Assembly: GCA_963724765.1 (NCBI GenBank)
Contig: CAVRVY010000004.1
Location: 1,688,474-1,752,473 of the forward strand
Length of the DNA: 64,000 nt
Source of the DNA: an uncultured delta proteobacterium
Lineage (GTDB): Bacteria > Desulfobacterota > Binatia > Binatales > Binataceae
Reading direction: 5' to 3'
Below the pieces are notes generated by a model. It saw only the letters and a program-made list of their open reading frames with translations. It did no database searches and was not told the origin of the DNA. Within the stretch, counting starts at the first letter, position 1; every line of letters starts with the position of its first letter. This document shows positions 29,918 to 40,378 of this stretch, one piece after another. A program made the translations under genes and the position numbers.

Positions 29918-31447
29918 ATGATGACGAAGAAAGCCGATTCTCCGCGCGAGACGCGCCACGAGGCCGGGCCTCCGTACTTTGATCTTCTTTGGGATAGCGA
30001 TCTCAACGAGTTGATCCCGCTCCTCAACGCCATCGCGCATAGCCGCCAGCAGGTACTTGAACGCTGGCACGATCTCTACCTCCTTTATTTCGGCGATAGG
30101 CGGGCACTGTCCCGCGCCGACTTCTTTCGAATATACGGTGCGGACCTCGATGCGACTGTGAAGGGCTTTCGCGAGAAAGCGATGGACCGCTTCGTTGACG
30201 AGATCAGCCGGATCGGTGAGCTACTGGTTGTAAACAATGTCCCTTTTTCAGAAGTTGTAGTCTCGATGCATCTGTTCGAGGAAAGCGCGAGCGCCACCTT
30301 TCCGCCTGACGCGCCATCCGACGTCTACCGTCTGTTCGACAAGATCAGCCATTGCCGCACGGTGATCCTGGCCGAGACATATTTCCGCTCTCGGAAGGCG
30401 ACTTCGGCCGTGCGTATTCGGCAGTTGGAGAAGGAAGCGGGTCAACTGCCTACTGGGATTAGGGCGCGCTTTCATGGTCTGGTCGGAGCAAGTTCGCCTA
30501 TGCGGCGTCTGTACGAGCTGATTGAAGCCGCGGCCGGTGTGCGCAGCACGGTCTTGCTCGTTGGGGAGACTGGCAGCGGCAAGGAACTTGTCGCGCGCGC
30601 ACTCCACGAGTGCTCGGCCGCCGCGCGCGGTCCCTTCGTGGCGCTCAATTGCGCCGCGGTTCCGCGTGATCTCATCGAGAGCGAACTGTTCGGTCACAAG
30701 CGAGGCGCGTTCAGCGGCGCGACCGGCGACTATGCAGGACTGTTTCGTGCGGCAGAGGGCGGAACGCTTTTTCTCGATGAGATCACCGAGATGAGCGCCG
30801 AGACCCAGAGCAAGCTTCTGCGTGCGATACAAGAGCGCACCGTGCGGCCCGTGGGCGCAACCAGCGAAGTGTCGGTCAATGCCAGGCTGGTAGCCTCGAC
30901 CAACCGCGACCCGCAAGTCGCCACCCAGGAGGGACGCCTGCGCGAGGACCTCTATTATCGGCTCCATGTCAACGTTCTGCGTGTGCCATCTCTGCGCGAG
31001 CGGCTCGACGACATTCCCCTGCTGGTTGATCATTTTGTCCAGCTCTTTAACGAACGGCTGGAGCGAAGAATTCCGATCATGGAGGTTGAGCCAGAGGCGC
31101 TGGAAGCCTTGCAGCGCCACCTCTGGCCGGGGAACGTTCGCGAACTGGCGAATATCATCGAGGCGGCGTTTACTTTCAATTCCTCAGAGTCGATCGGACT
31201 CAAAGATTTGCCGGAAGCGATCAGCGATCGCGTTCATACGGCACCGCCTAACAGCTTAAAGGCCGGCACCGCTCTCAACCTGGCTGAGACTGAGCGTGAT
31301 GTGATCTCTCGCGCGCTCGAAAGCGCGAAGGGTAACAAATGCCGCGCGGCCGAATTGTTGGGAATCTCGAGGAAGATGCTTTACGCACGGATTGCAAAAT
31401 ATCGTCTTGCTTCGCCACGGTACTCGAAGCAACGCAAGCGGGTTTAA
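29918..31447 (+). CDS. sigma54-dependent activator (bEBP) with a helical N-terminal sensor domain
   Basis: [37 protein letters not shown], Fis-type HTH; no receiver domain evident. Confidence 0.92.
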   Translation: MMTKKADSPRETRHEAGPPYFDLLWDSDLNELIPLLNAIAHSRQQVLERWHDLYLLYFGDRRALSRADFFRIYGADLDATVKGFREKAMDRFVDEISRIGELLVVNNVPFSEVVVSMHLFEESASATFPPDAPSDVYRLFDKISHCRTVILAETYFRSRKATSAVRIRQLEKEAGQLPTGIRARFHGLVGASSPMRRLYELIEAAAGVRSTVLLVGETGSGKELVARALHECSAAARGPFVALNCAAVPRDLIESELFGHKRGAFSGATGDYAGLFRAAEGGTLFLDEITEMSAETQSKLLRAIQERTVRPVGATSEVSVNARLVASTNRDPQVATQEGRLREDLYYRLHVNVLRVPSLRERLDDIPLLVDHFVQLFNERLERRIPIMEVEPEALEALQRHLWPGNVRELANIIEAAFTFNSSESIGLKDLPEAISDRVHTAPPNSLKAGTALNLAETERDVISRALESAKGNKCRAAELLGISRKMLYARIAKYRLASPRYSKQRKRV

Positions 31448-31636
31448 GCCACTTTTCGCAACTCGATCTGGTCCTCGCGGGCGCAATCGCTCTCGATCGT
31501 TTGGTCCATACGGGCACAATGCGAACCGCGATGCTTGTTGGACGCGCTGCCCGAGAAGGAGTCGTCCGGCGATACATCGTTGATAACGGGACGTTCTGTC
31601 TGTTACCCGGCGCACAGCGACTCCCCTGCCCCAAAG

Positions 31637-31652
31637 CGGCACGATTGATGCT
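31637..31652 (+). promoter_or_regulatory. sigma54 -24/-12 promoter
   Basis: CGGCACGATTGATGCT = GG-N10-GC upstream of the LLM gene. Confidence 0.7.
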
Positions 31653-31707
31653 GTCTCATAAACAGGCCGCGGGTCTATCCCAAACAGGCCGAAGAGAGGA
31701 CGCCAGA

Positions 31708-32781
31708 ATGAAATTCGGCATGCTTCATCTTTTCGAAAACCCCATCGACAAGACGGAACACCAGATCGTAAAGGAGCAACTCGACCTCATGCGGGCCGCG
31801 GAGGATTTTGGCTTCGATTCGGTCTGGCCAGCGGAGCATCATTTCACCGAGTATGGCTATTGCGCCTCGCCGGCAGTCACGCTGGCCGCGATAGCGGCCG
31901 TGACCAAACGGATTCGCCTCGGCACCGGCGTCGTGGTGCTGCCCTTTCACAATCCGATCCGTGTGGCCGAGGACTTCGCGATGCTCGACCTGATGAGCGA
32001 CGGGCGGGTCGACTTCGGCGTCGGCCGCGGCTACCAGCCAGTCGAGTACCGGGGTTTCCAGGTTGAGCAGGAAAAATCGCGCGGCATCTTCAACGAGGCC
32101 CTTGAAATGATCATACAGGCGTGGACCCAAGAACGGGTCAATTTCAGGGGGGCTCACTACAACATCGTCGACCAGCCGGTCCGTCCCAAGCCGCTCCAGA
32201 AGCCGCATCCGCCGATATGGGTCGCTGGCATCACCGATGCGACCTTTGCGCTGGTCGGAAGGCTCGGTTGCAACCTGCTATGCGCGCCGGTCTTTGGCTT
32301 TCAGGGCAAGAGCGCGGAAAAGCTGCTTGACGACTACCGGACGGCGCTGCGCGAGGGAGGCCACGACCCAGCGAGCAAGGAAATCGCCGCCCTGACCATG
32401 GTTTACTGCGGCGAGACCACCGAGCAGGCGCGGCGCGACTTCGGCGAGCGCGTAATGTGGTACTACCGCACGATCGCGAAGTATGTCGCCCCGCCCTCGG
32501 GCGAGCGGCCGGTGAAGACCTACGAGCTTTACGCCAAAACCCGCGAACTGGCGGAGACGATCACGTGGGGGAAGCTTCTGGAGGCCGGCGCGGTCATCTG
32601 TGGCGACCGGGATCACTGCATTGAACAGCTGGCCAAGATCCAAAAGGCCTACGGAGTGACACAGATCCTGTGCTGGACGCGGCTCGGCGGGCTCGATAGT
32701 CGCAAGGTCACCCGGAGCATGGAGTTGATGCAAAAGTACGTAATGCCGCATTTCCAGCACGGCGAGAAGCGAGCCGCCTAG
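31708..32781 (+). CDS. LLM-class flavin-dependent oxidoreductase
   Basis: GFDSVWPAEHHF, PIRVAEDFAMLDLMSDGRVDFGVGRGY, PKPLQKPHPPIW. Confidence 0.93.
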   Translation: MKFGMLHLFENPIDKTEHQIVKEQLDLMRAAEDFGFDSVWPAEHHFTEYGYCASPAVTLAAIAAVTKRIRLGTGVVVLPFHNPIRVAEDFAMLDLMSDGRVDFGVGRGYQPVEYRGFQVEQEKSRGIFNEALEMIIQAWTQERVNFRGAHYNIVDQPVRPKPLQKPHPPIWVAGITDATFALVGRLGCNLLCAPVFGFQGKSAEKLLDDYRTALREGGHDPASKEIAALTMVYCGETTEQARRDFGERVMWYYRTIAKYVAPPSGERPVKTYELYAKTRELAETITWGKLLEAGAVICGDRDHCIEQLAKIQKAYGVTQILCWTRLGGLDSRKVTRSMELMQKYVMPHFQHGEKRAA

Positions 32782-32889
32782 AGCCCGCGAGGGCTCCTCC
32801 GGCTCCGGCGCGTGGAGGATGCAGGTCGAGGCAGGAGCTTAAAGGGGCAGACGACAAAGCTTTCCCTTTGGCAAATGCGTGAGCTCCTG

Positions 32890-33716
32890 TTATCTCTCCG
32901 AGCCGGGTGCGCTCTTCTCGGATTGATGGAGCAGCGCGAGTTTTGCTGCGCGCTGTTTAAGCGTCGCCTCGTCCGCGACCTTGTAGCGCCGATAAATCGA
33001 TTCCGTGCGGTGGCCGACCATCGCCATAGCGGCCGAGCGCGGGACGCCCGCCCGTTCGAGATTGCGAACTGCGGTGCGGCGAAAGTCGTGGGGCACCTTT
33101 CCTACTACGCCGGCACGCTCGCAGGCCAACGCCCAAGCTTTCCTGAAGTCCTTAATCGGCTTCCCGTTATGATGGAATAGCCACGGAATGCTCCGGTTGG
33201 TTTTGCGCTCAAGTTCGTTTACCTTTTCGAGCTGTCGCTCTAGTAGTTCGCGCATTCCCGGCGTGAGTGACGCCTCAAGGCTGCTAGTTCCCGATTGATC
33301 GTCGCGCTAGCCGCACGTTGCTCCTGTCGCCAGCTAATGTAGCTCGGGATGCGATCGTTCATGATCTTGACCGCGACGCTGCCGCCGAAAAATCCGCGCA
33401 GATGACCCAACGCGTCCTCCACGCGTTCAAGGCTACGGCGTGCGTTAGCCTGATAGTCGTCGAGCAGAATCCGGGCAAGGTCCTCGAACGTCGCCCTGCC
33501 CCTCCTCGGGCCTACGGGATTGCCTTGCGCTGCCGCCTCTAATCGCTGCTGAAGAACCCTTTTAGCCTCCGCTCGATTGCGGGAACCGGAGTCGCGAAAT
33601 CGCGTGCCCCGGATAGAGTACTGAACCCACCAGGTGGAGGCTGCCTTCCGCTCGCCGGTGTTTTTGTCGACGTATGTAGGCCGATATACCAGCCCCGTTC
33701 CACGACTCTTCTTCAC
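32890..33716 (-). pseudogene. tyrosine integrase with an internal deletion
   Basis: arm/core domain ..ATINRELAALRR joined out of frame to PHDFRRTAVRNL..GHRTESIYRRY; first catalytic Arg region missing. Confidence 0.85.
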
Positions 33717-33838
33717 CAGGTTCTCGCCGATCCGCTCGTCCAGGCGTATTTACGGAAGTCTTCCTCCAGAGACGCACGTCGCCGCGGCCTGAGGTCAATT
33801 CCTAGCGCAAATGCGCCCCAGCCCAAAAGCGCGCAGCG

Positions 33839-33891
33839 CTCAAAATCCTCCGTGCGCAAGCACATGCGGGTTCAAGTCCCGCCCTCGGCCA
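33839..33891 (+). repeat. 3' half of tRNA-Leu(CAA), putative att site
   Basis: CTCAAAA anticodon loop, long variable arm, GCGGGTTCAAGTCCCGC T-arm, CCTCGGC acceptor strand; 5' half absent. Confidence 0.8.
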
Positions 33892-33952
33892 ACGACGCCG
33901 TAGCGGCCGATTCGGCTTTTTGAAAGGGAAATCTCTAGAGACAGTGACTCGT

Positions 33953-33983
33953 TGGCGGAGAGAGAGGGGAATTTGAACTCGCG
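33953..33983 (-). repeat. degenerate tRNA-Ser-like 3' fragment, putative att site
   Basis: GAGTTCAAATTCCCCTCTCTCTCCGCCA resembles the tRNA-Ser end GGTTCGAATCCCTCTCTCTCCGCCA. Confidence 0.6.
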
Positions 33984-34248
33984 ACCCCCACTATCGGTTG
34001 TGTTCGGGAAATTGTCGGCGACTTTGGCCCAGTATCTAGCTGAGAGAAAAGCAAGCAGTGCTGGAGAGAATCTCATCGCCGGAAATTCGCCTCTCATTTC
34101 TGAACCTCTTTGCGCGTTCAGCTCCTGTTGAGAACCTGGATGATTTGGCCACACTTGGCGCTGATTTCTAAGCGGCAGGACTGGCTTCATAGGCGAAGCA
34201 GAGCAATGTGTGTGTCTGTCCGCGGAGGCGGAGGAGAGTGGACAGCCC

Positions 34249-34731
34249 ATGAAAAGCAAAATCTTCATAGGCGATAGAGCAACTCTGCCGAATGAAATCG
34301 CCATCTTAGCTGAAGCAACCCCAGCAGATCTCAAAAGCCGCTGGCGTGTGCTCTACGGTACTGAGCCGCCGCCGCGCATCAGCCGTGACCTGCTAACTCG
34401 CGCAGTCGCATATCGGATTCAGGAGGAGGCGCTCGGCGGCCTGAAACCGTCGAAGCTCCGATTGCTGGCGAAACTTGCTGCCGATGCCTCGGCGCGACGG
34501 CCCATCCAGGTGACGCCTGCGCCGATTCTCACCCCCGGAACCGTACTGCTGCGCGACTGGCACGGCACCCAACATCAAGTGATCGTCCGTAAGCACGGCG
34601 TGGAGTTTCAGGGCAAGCATTACAAGTCTCTGTCTCAAGTCGCGCGCCGGATTACCGGCAGCAACTGGTCCGGTCCGTTGTTCTTCGGTCTGAAGGCCAA
34701 GCCTCGGGAGCACGCCGATGGATCATTCTAA
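34249..34731 (+). CDS. DUF2924-domain protein
   Basis: ISRDLLTRAVAYRIQEEALGGL, PGTVLLRDWHG, YKSLSQVARRITGSNWSGPLFFGL. Confidence 0.85.
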   Translation: MKSKIFIGDRATLPNEIAILAEATPADLKSRWRVLYGTEPPPRISRDLLTRAVAYRIQEEALGGLKPSKLRLLAKLAADASARRPIQVTPAPILTPGTVLLRDWHGTQHQVIVRKHGVEFQGKHYKSLSQVARRITGSNWSGPLFFGLKAKPREHADGSF

Positions 34732-36398
34732 ATCTCGAGCCCGCCGCTGCGCGATCTACACCCGTAAAAGTTCGGAGGAGGGCCTCGACCACGACTTCAA
34801 CTCCCTGCAAGCCCAGCGCGAAGCCTGCGAGGCGTTCATCAAGAGCCAGGCGAGCGAGGGCTGGAAACTCATCAAGACCGCGTACGACGATGGTCGAATA
34901 TCAGGCGGTACCATGGAGCGACCGGCGCTACAACGGCTGCTCGCAGATATCGGCGAGGGTCTGGTCGATGTAGTGGTGGTCTACAAGGTCGATCGGCTCA
35001 CGCGCTCGCTGGCCGACTTCGCCAAGATGGTCGAGATGTTCGATGCGCGCGGGGTATCGTTCGTGGCTGTGACTCAGCAGTTTAACACCACCACCTCGAT
35101 GGGCAGGCTGACGCTGAACGTTTTGCTCTCCTTCGCCCAGTTCGAGAGAGAGGTCACTGGCGAGCGCATCCGCGATAAAGCCTCCAAGCGCAAGGGCATG
35201 TGGATGGGCGGTGTCCCTCCGCTGGGATATGAAGTTCGCGAGCGTAGGCTGGTCGTCAATCCAACCGAAGCCAACACGGTCCGGTACATCTATGAGCGCT
35301 ACATGGAACTGGGCTGCGTCAGGCAGCTCAGCAGGGAACTCGACGAGCGTGGAATCTTATCGAAGGTCCGGATCTCGAAGAAGGGTATCAAGTCAGGAGG
35401 GTGCCGCTTCTCGCGCGGAGCCTTGTATGAACTGCTGGCGAACCCTGTCCATATGGGAGAGATCCGCCACAAGCAGGAGCGCTATCCGGGGCAGCACGAA
35501 GCGATTGTGCCGCGCGAGCTTTGGGAGAGAGTGCAGCAGCGATTGCGCGTGAATGGCTGCTCGCGGCCGGCAATCCTCGACCTGCGCGATTGCGAGTCCG
35601 CTGGCGGGAAAGATTTTCGATGCGGACGGTGAGCCGCTCTATGCCCAGGGGGCGGCAAAGGCGGGGCGGCGGTACCGTTACTACGTATCTCGAAGTCTGG
35701 TGAACGGTTCCTCAAGCGATGACAGAAAAGGCTGGCGACTCGCTGCACCGGAACTCGAGCGAGCGGTGGCGATTGCTACGCAGCACATCCTCAGCGATCG
35801 CGCCGGGATGCTGGAGGTGCTGGAACGGTCGGGGCTCCAATCGCTCGACGTAAGAGCCACTATTGAATCGACCTACGCTCTTTCCCGCCGATTGGAAAAC
35901 GAAGCCGATTCCAAGGAATGCATGGTCGAGCTCGTCAACCGGATCGAACTGTGCGACGATGGCGTACGGGTGACACTCAAGATCCGGGTTCCCTGTTCGC
36001 GCGCGGGAGTGCAGACCAGCAGCATTCTTGGTCTGTCCCGCTTCGTGCCACTCAAAATGAAGCGCCGCGGTGTGGAAACGCGGATCATCATCGCCGGGGG
36101 TAATGAGCCGCCGCGCGAAGTAGACTCGGCACTGCTCAAAGCCGTAGCACGTGCGAGGGTGTGGTTTGACGAACTGGCGTCCGGCCGGGTGCACTCGCTC
36201 GCCGAGATCGCGCGAAACGAAGGTATTGCCAAGCGCTACGTCGAGCGTCTCTCGCGCCTGGCGTTCGTAACACCCGCAATCGTGGAAGCGATCTGCCAGG
36301 GGCAACAACCCGCAGAGCTTAACGCCGAGACGCTGCTCAACCGCATCGATCTGCCGCTCGAATGGCCGGCGCAACTAAACGCTCTCGGTATCAACTGA
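34718..36398 (+). pseudogene. large serine recombinase, frameshifted near 35555
   Basis: CAIYTRKSSEEGL, VVVYKVDRLTRS, FAQFERE; C-terminus continues in ORF 35553-36398 (RYRYYVSR..LLKAVARA). Confidence 0.85.
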
Positions 36399-36896
36399 GT
36401 GCGGTCTTCACTTGCGTCGATCTGACGCGGTCATTCTCGGACGGTCAGACCTGATCGATTGAAAGTAAGCAATGGTCGGGCGAACGCCACCCAGCGCATT
36501 CAGACGCTGAAGCGAACGAAAGAACGCCACATCCCGCGCGGAGTCCTAGCCTTGACGCTTGAAGCAATAGACGCAAGTTCCTGCGTCACAACCTGCGCGG
36601 CCGTTATTTTACCGTCGGCCTCTACCTTTTTGGTTAGAAAGCCACAGTCGGACTGCGCCATCTAAAGGAGATGATACCGACTGTTGGCGGGTGATGGTCG
36701 GAACGGACCCGGAAGGCGACAGGCATGCACACGAACGAATCTACCTAGGGAATCCAAACCTTGGGGACGATCCGCTTGTCCGCCAATGTCGGTGAATTCA
36801 GAAGTGTCTTAATGACCTGTTGTCGACGACGCGGCGTTGGACTATCCCTCTGATGAAGCAATCTTAAAAGCGCTTCAAGGGAAGCGGAGGTAGTGT

Positions 36897-37712
36897 ATGT
36901 CACTATGGCCCGAAGGTGTCCGCTGTTGCGCCGTCTTGAGTTTCGATCTCGACGCTGATCTGTTCTGGAGCGTTTGGCTCAACGGGAAGCCGACCCTACT
37001 AGACCGCTCGCAGGGCGAGTACGGGCCCAGAGTCGGCCTACGCCGCATTCTCGCGATGCTCGCGCGCCATGACCTTGAGGCTACCTTCTTCGTGCCGGGG
37101 CGCATAGCCGAGCGATATCCGGACGCCGTGCGGGCAATTGCCGAAGCGGGTCACGAGATTGCGCATCATGGGTACAATCATGAGGACTTCTCAAAGCTCT
37201 CGGCTACCGAGCAGCGTGAGGTCCTGGCTAGAGGGGCACAGGCCCTACAGGCTGTGACGGGACGCGCGCCGCGCGGCACCCGTTTGATACCGGGTGAGGA
37301 CACAGCGGCCATTCTTCATGAAGCCGGCTACCTATATTCGAGCATCATGATGGACGCGGAAACGCCTTACCGTCACGTCATCGACGGTAAGGCCACCGAT
37401 CTTATCGAGCTGCCAACGACGTTCGCCCTGAATGACTCTTCCTGTTTCGCCTATAGCTTCGGTCTGGCGAAGCCGCTCCTCACTCCCGGAATCGTAGAGG
37501 CTATGTATCTTGAGGAGTTCGAAGCCGAATACGAGGAACGCGGCTTTTGCATGTTCATGTTACATCCTCAGCTTATCGGACGTCCCGGGCGGCTGCGCAT
37601 GCTGGAGCGCGTGGTTACTCACATGAAGTCATGCGGGGACGTGCTTTTCACAACGGCTGAAAAGGTAGCCGAACGGTGCCGGCAGGTACTACCCCGAGAT
37701 AGTGTGCAGTAG
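36897..37712 (+). CDS. polysaccharide deacetylase (NodB/PuuE-like)
   Basis: SFDLDAD, ATFFVPG, HEIAHHGYNHE, MLHPQLIGRPGR. Confidence 0.9.
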   Translation: MSLWPEGVRCCAVLSFDLDADLFWSVWLNGKPTLLDRSQGEYGPRVGLRRILAMLARHDLEATFFVPGRIAERYPDAVRAIAEAGHEIAHHGYNHEDFSKLSATEQREVLARGAQALQAVTGRAPRGTRLIPGEDTAAILHEAGYLYSSIMMDAETPYRHVIDGKATDLIELPTTFALNDSSCFAYSFGLAKPLLTPGIVEAMYLEEFEAEYEERGFCMFMLHPQLIGRPGRLRMLERVVTHMKSCGDVLFTTAEKVAERCRQVLPRDSVQ

Positions 37713-38048
37713 ACGTGCATCTTGGGTTGCGTGTTGCAGCCAACGTTCGGTCGCGCGTATTTTCCGGACCTAGGGCGTCGCCAACAGGACGCTCCGCCGC
37801 AGCAGCTCTTGGAGGCTCCTTCGAGGCGGGCCCGGCGCAGCTAAACGCTCGCGGTATCCAGTAAGGTGCCGGTTTTCAGCTGCGTCCTTCTCGGACACAC
37901 AGACCCGATCGATTGGAATTTAAGCCCCCGGTCTCCTGGAGCGGCGATGTTTGGACGAACCTGTCTGTGGCGAATTGCTGAATCTGGCAGAGAACACTTC
38001 AGCATCGCAATCTTGTGAATCCTTCACTTACCGTTAAAGTTCGCTTTC

Positions 38049-38465
38049 ATGCGAGAACTATTCATCTTGACCGCCCATCTGCTGGTGACCCTGGCAAAGC
38101 TTGGCACCCGGGGCGGTCTTGGCGCAGTGGCGGCAGAATCACTGGCGGTCAAACACCAGCTGCTCATCATGAAGCGTGCGCAGCGTCGTGCGCCGAATCT
38201 GACCTCATGGGATCGGCTGGTGCTGGGAGTTTGTGCGCTTTTGGTGTCAGCCAAACGCCTGAGCAAGATGGCTGTGATACTGAAGCCTTCCACCCTTCTG
38301 TGCTTTCACCACGCTCTGGTGAAGCGCAAGTATCGCCTGCTCTACAGCCCGAGAAAGCGCCTTCGCCCTGGACCCAAAGGCCCGTCAAAGGAACTCATTG
38401 GCGCGGTTATCGAGATGAAACGGCGAAACCCCCGCGAACTCTCCGCACCCGCCATCATCAGTTGA
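38049..38465 (+). mobile_element. truncated IS481-like transposase (N-terminus)
   Basis: ESLAVKHQLLIMKR..APNLTSWDRL..ILKPSTLLCFH..EMKRRNP. Confidence 0.7.
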
Positions 38466-38639
38466 TCGAGATGTGACCGCGGAATCTAGTGTCATGTCTC
38501 GTAAGATTCTGTAACAATGCGAACGGATTCCCCTCCGTTTGTCCCTTAAGGAGCGCGGCGTTTCGCCAGTTTAAGGTCTTCTCGTTCGCTCTAGATATTT
38601 GCGAAACACGACACTAGCCGGAGAGATCGCGCGCCCAAG

Positions 38640-38860
38640 AGGCACATCGAGCAGGCGGTAGATCAGTGTGAGTCCGGGACGGCCAAAACCATCAACTGAT
38701 CGCGGAAAGCGACGACTCGAGTTCCAGTTCGGTCCAGCTTCGCAAGCGGTACCGAGCAGGGAAAGCACCGCAGACATGAGCGCGAAGGTGCCAGCGATAC
38801 TATGGCGACCAGTTGACAAATTCTAGACTCTCCTCACATTTGGACTTTTGAGTAGGCATA
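38640..38860 (-). mobile_element. highly degenerate copy of the IS at 12290-12757
   Basis: end TGCCTACTCAAAAG, shared AGTCTAG..CCATAGT leader and RSWTELELE..FRDQLMVL remnant. Confidence 0.5.
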
Positions 38861-39019
38861 AGTGCGAGGCGTTGATGGATCGCCACCATGGACAGCAAAC
38901 CGACGTACTTGAGACCGTCATTAGAATCAAGCATCGAGCGGCACCGGATGAGACTGTAGCAATAGCAGCACCCGAAGTCCGGCGCATCCCTGACGTTAGG
39001 ATCGTCGTGAGATAGCTAG

Positions 39020-40042
39020 TCAGGCGCCGGCAAAGAAGTCATCGCGGAAAATGCGGTTCTCTGAAATTCCCTTCGCCAGAAGCAAGGTCGAAACCGATTC
39101 GCACATCTCGGGTTGACCGCAAATGTACGCATCGTACGCGCTGGCGTCGAGGATCTCGCGCTGCAAGACCTGAGTAACCCGGCCGACAGCGCCCAGCCAT
39201 TCATCGCTGGCGACCGGTGCGGATAGTGTGGGTTTGAAAGAAAAGCGCGGCATCCGTGCTTCAAGCTGATGAATCTCCTCCCGGAAAATCAAATCGCTCT
39301 CCCGTCGCGCCCCGTAATAGAACTGAAAGGATCGATCGACATTTTCGGCCGCGCAATAACGAAGTATTGACAGTAGCGGAGCGGCGCCGGCGCCGGTCGC
39401 CACAAGCAGAACCGGCCGATTGCCCGCGCGCAGATAGCTCATGCCATAGGGTCCGCGTATAGCCAGTTCGAAGCCGCGGACGAGGCGGTCAACTTGATCG
39501 GAGAACCCGCCGCCGGGGATCCGCTTCACAACGAGTTCGATACGATCGGCGTTGGCTGGTGAACTGGCTATTGAATAGCAGCGCCATTTTCCAGGCTGTC
39601 CGGGTGCTTCGATCTCAATGTACTGTCCGGCGTAAAATCTGATCGGATTGACCACATCAAGCTGGAGGTGCCATAAAGATGCGCTCAACTGATCAACCGC
39701 CGCGATTTGTACGGTATGATCCTGTGGAGTTATGATAGCGGCGTCGTCGCGATCGGAACTGTGCTGATCGCGGATCACGAGGTCGGATAACGCTCGCGCC
39801 TGGCATAGCAGCGCCCAACCTTCGTCCTTTTCATTGTCTGTCAAGCAGTAGGGTGAGGTCTTTCCGAAGTCGACCTCGCCGTCAATCAAGAAATATTTGC
39901 AACTGGAGCATCGTCCATTGCGGCAACCGTACTGAAGCACGATTCGCTGGCGCAGGGCGCAATTCAGTACCGAATCGCCCGGTTCGAGGGAAAATTCCCG
40001 ACCGCTGGGCTCGAGCCGAGCCTTGAAGATGTTGTCAACCAT
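39020..40042 (-). CDS. SDIMO reductase (2Fe-2S ferredoxin plus FAD/NAD domains)
   Basis: GCRNGRCSSCK..LLCQ, RCYSIAS, GPYG, ATGAGAAP, YICG. Confidence 0.93.
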   Translation of the reverse strand: MVDNIFKARLEPSGREFSLEPGDSVLNCALRQRIVLQYGCRNGRCSSCKYFLIDGEVDFGKTSPYCLTDNEKDEGWALLCQARALSDLVIRDQHSSDRDDAAIITPQDHTVQIAAVDQLSASLWHLQLDVVNPIRFYAGQYIEIEAPGQPGKWRCYSIASSPANADRIELVVKRIPGGGFSDQVDRLVRGFELAIRGPYGMSYLRAGNRPVLLVATGAGAAPLLSILRYCAAENVDRSFQFYYGARRESDLIFREEIHQLEARMPRFSFKPTLSAPVASDEWLGAVGRVTQVLQREILDASAYDAYICGQPEMCESVSTLLLAKGISENRIFRDDFFAGA

Positions 40043-40052
40043 TCGACCGCGA

Positions 40053-40373
40053 TTAAAGCGTTGACGGATCGAGTTCCAGCATCTGAGAAGTGATTCGGAA
40101 CACCCTCTCTTCGACCTCTACCCGACCGACATAAGTCGCCATTGTGGTTAGCCACTGACCGAGGTCGATCTTGCGCCCCAACTCTTCTCCGACGCGCGTC
40201 AGATCAATGACCAGTTCATCCTGGGCGCCGATTTGCCAAAACGTACCGTGCTCTTCGATCGTCGCTCCCGGTTGATCGCGACGAATCGCGCTGATTGTCG
40301 CATCCGCCTCGTCACCCTTCATAAGCACCACGAGGACGGACCGACCTTTGGGTTTCGTATCTTGAGAGTCCAT
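40053..40373 (-). CDS. SDIMO coupling/effector protein (MmoB/DmpM family)
   Basis: VVLMKGDEADA..ELGRKID..MATYVGRV; size and position. Confidence 0.88.
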   Translation of the reverse strand: MDSQDTKPKGRSVLVVLMKGDEADATISAIRRDQPGATIEEHGTFWQIGAQDELVIDLTRVGEELGRKIDLGQWLTTMATYVGRVEVEERVFRITSQMLELDPSTL

Positions 40374-40378
40374 CGAAC

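Noticed and set aside
31601-31616. TGT-N10-ACA (NifA-like UAS)
   Set aside because: Only ~20 bp from the -24 element, too close for a typical enhancer, and a short motif expected by chance
33839-33891. Functional tRNA-Leu gene
   Set aside because: The 5' acceptor strand and D-arm are missing and the anticodon stem does not pair; treated as an att fragment
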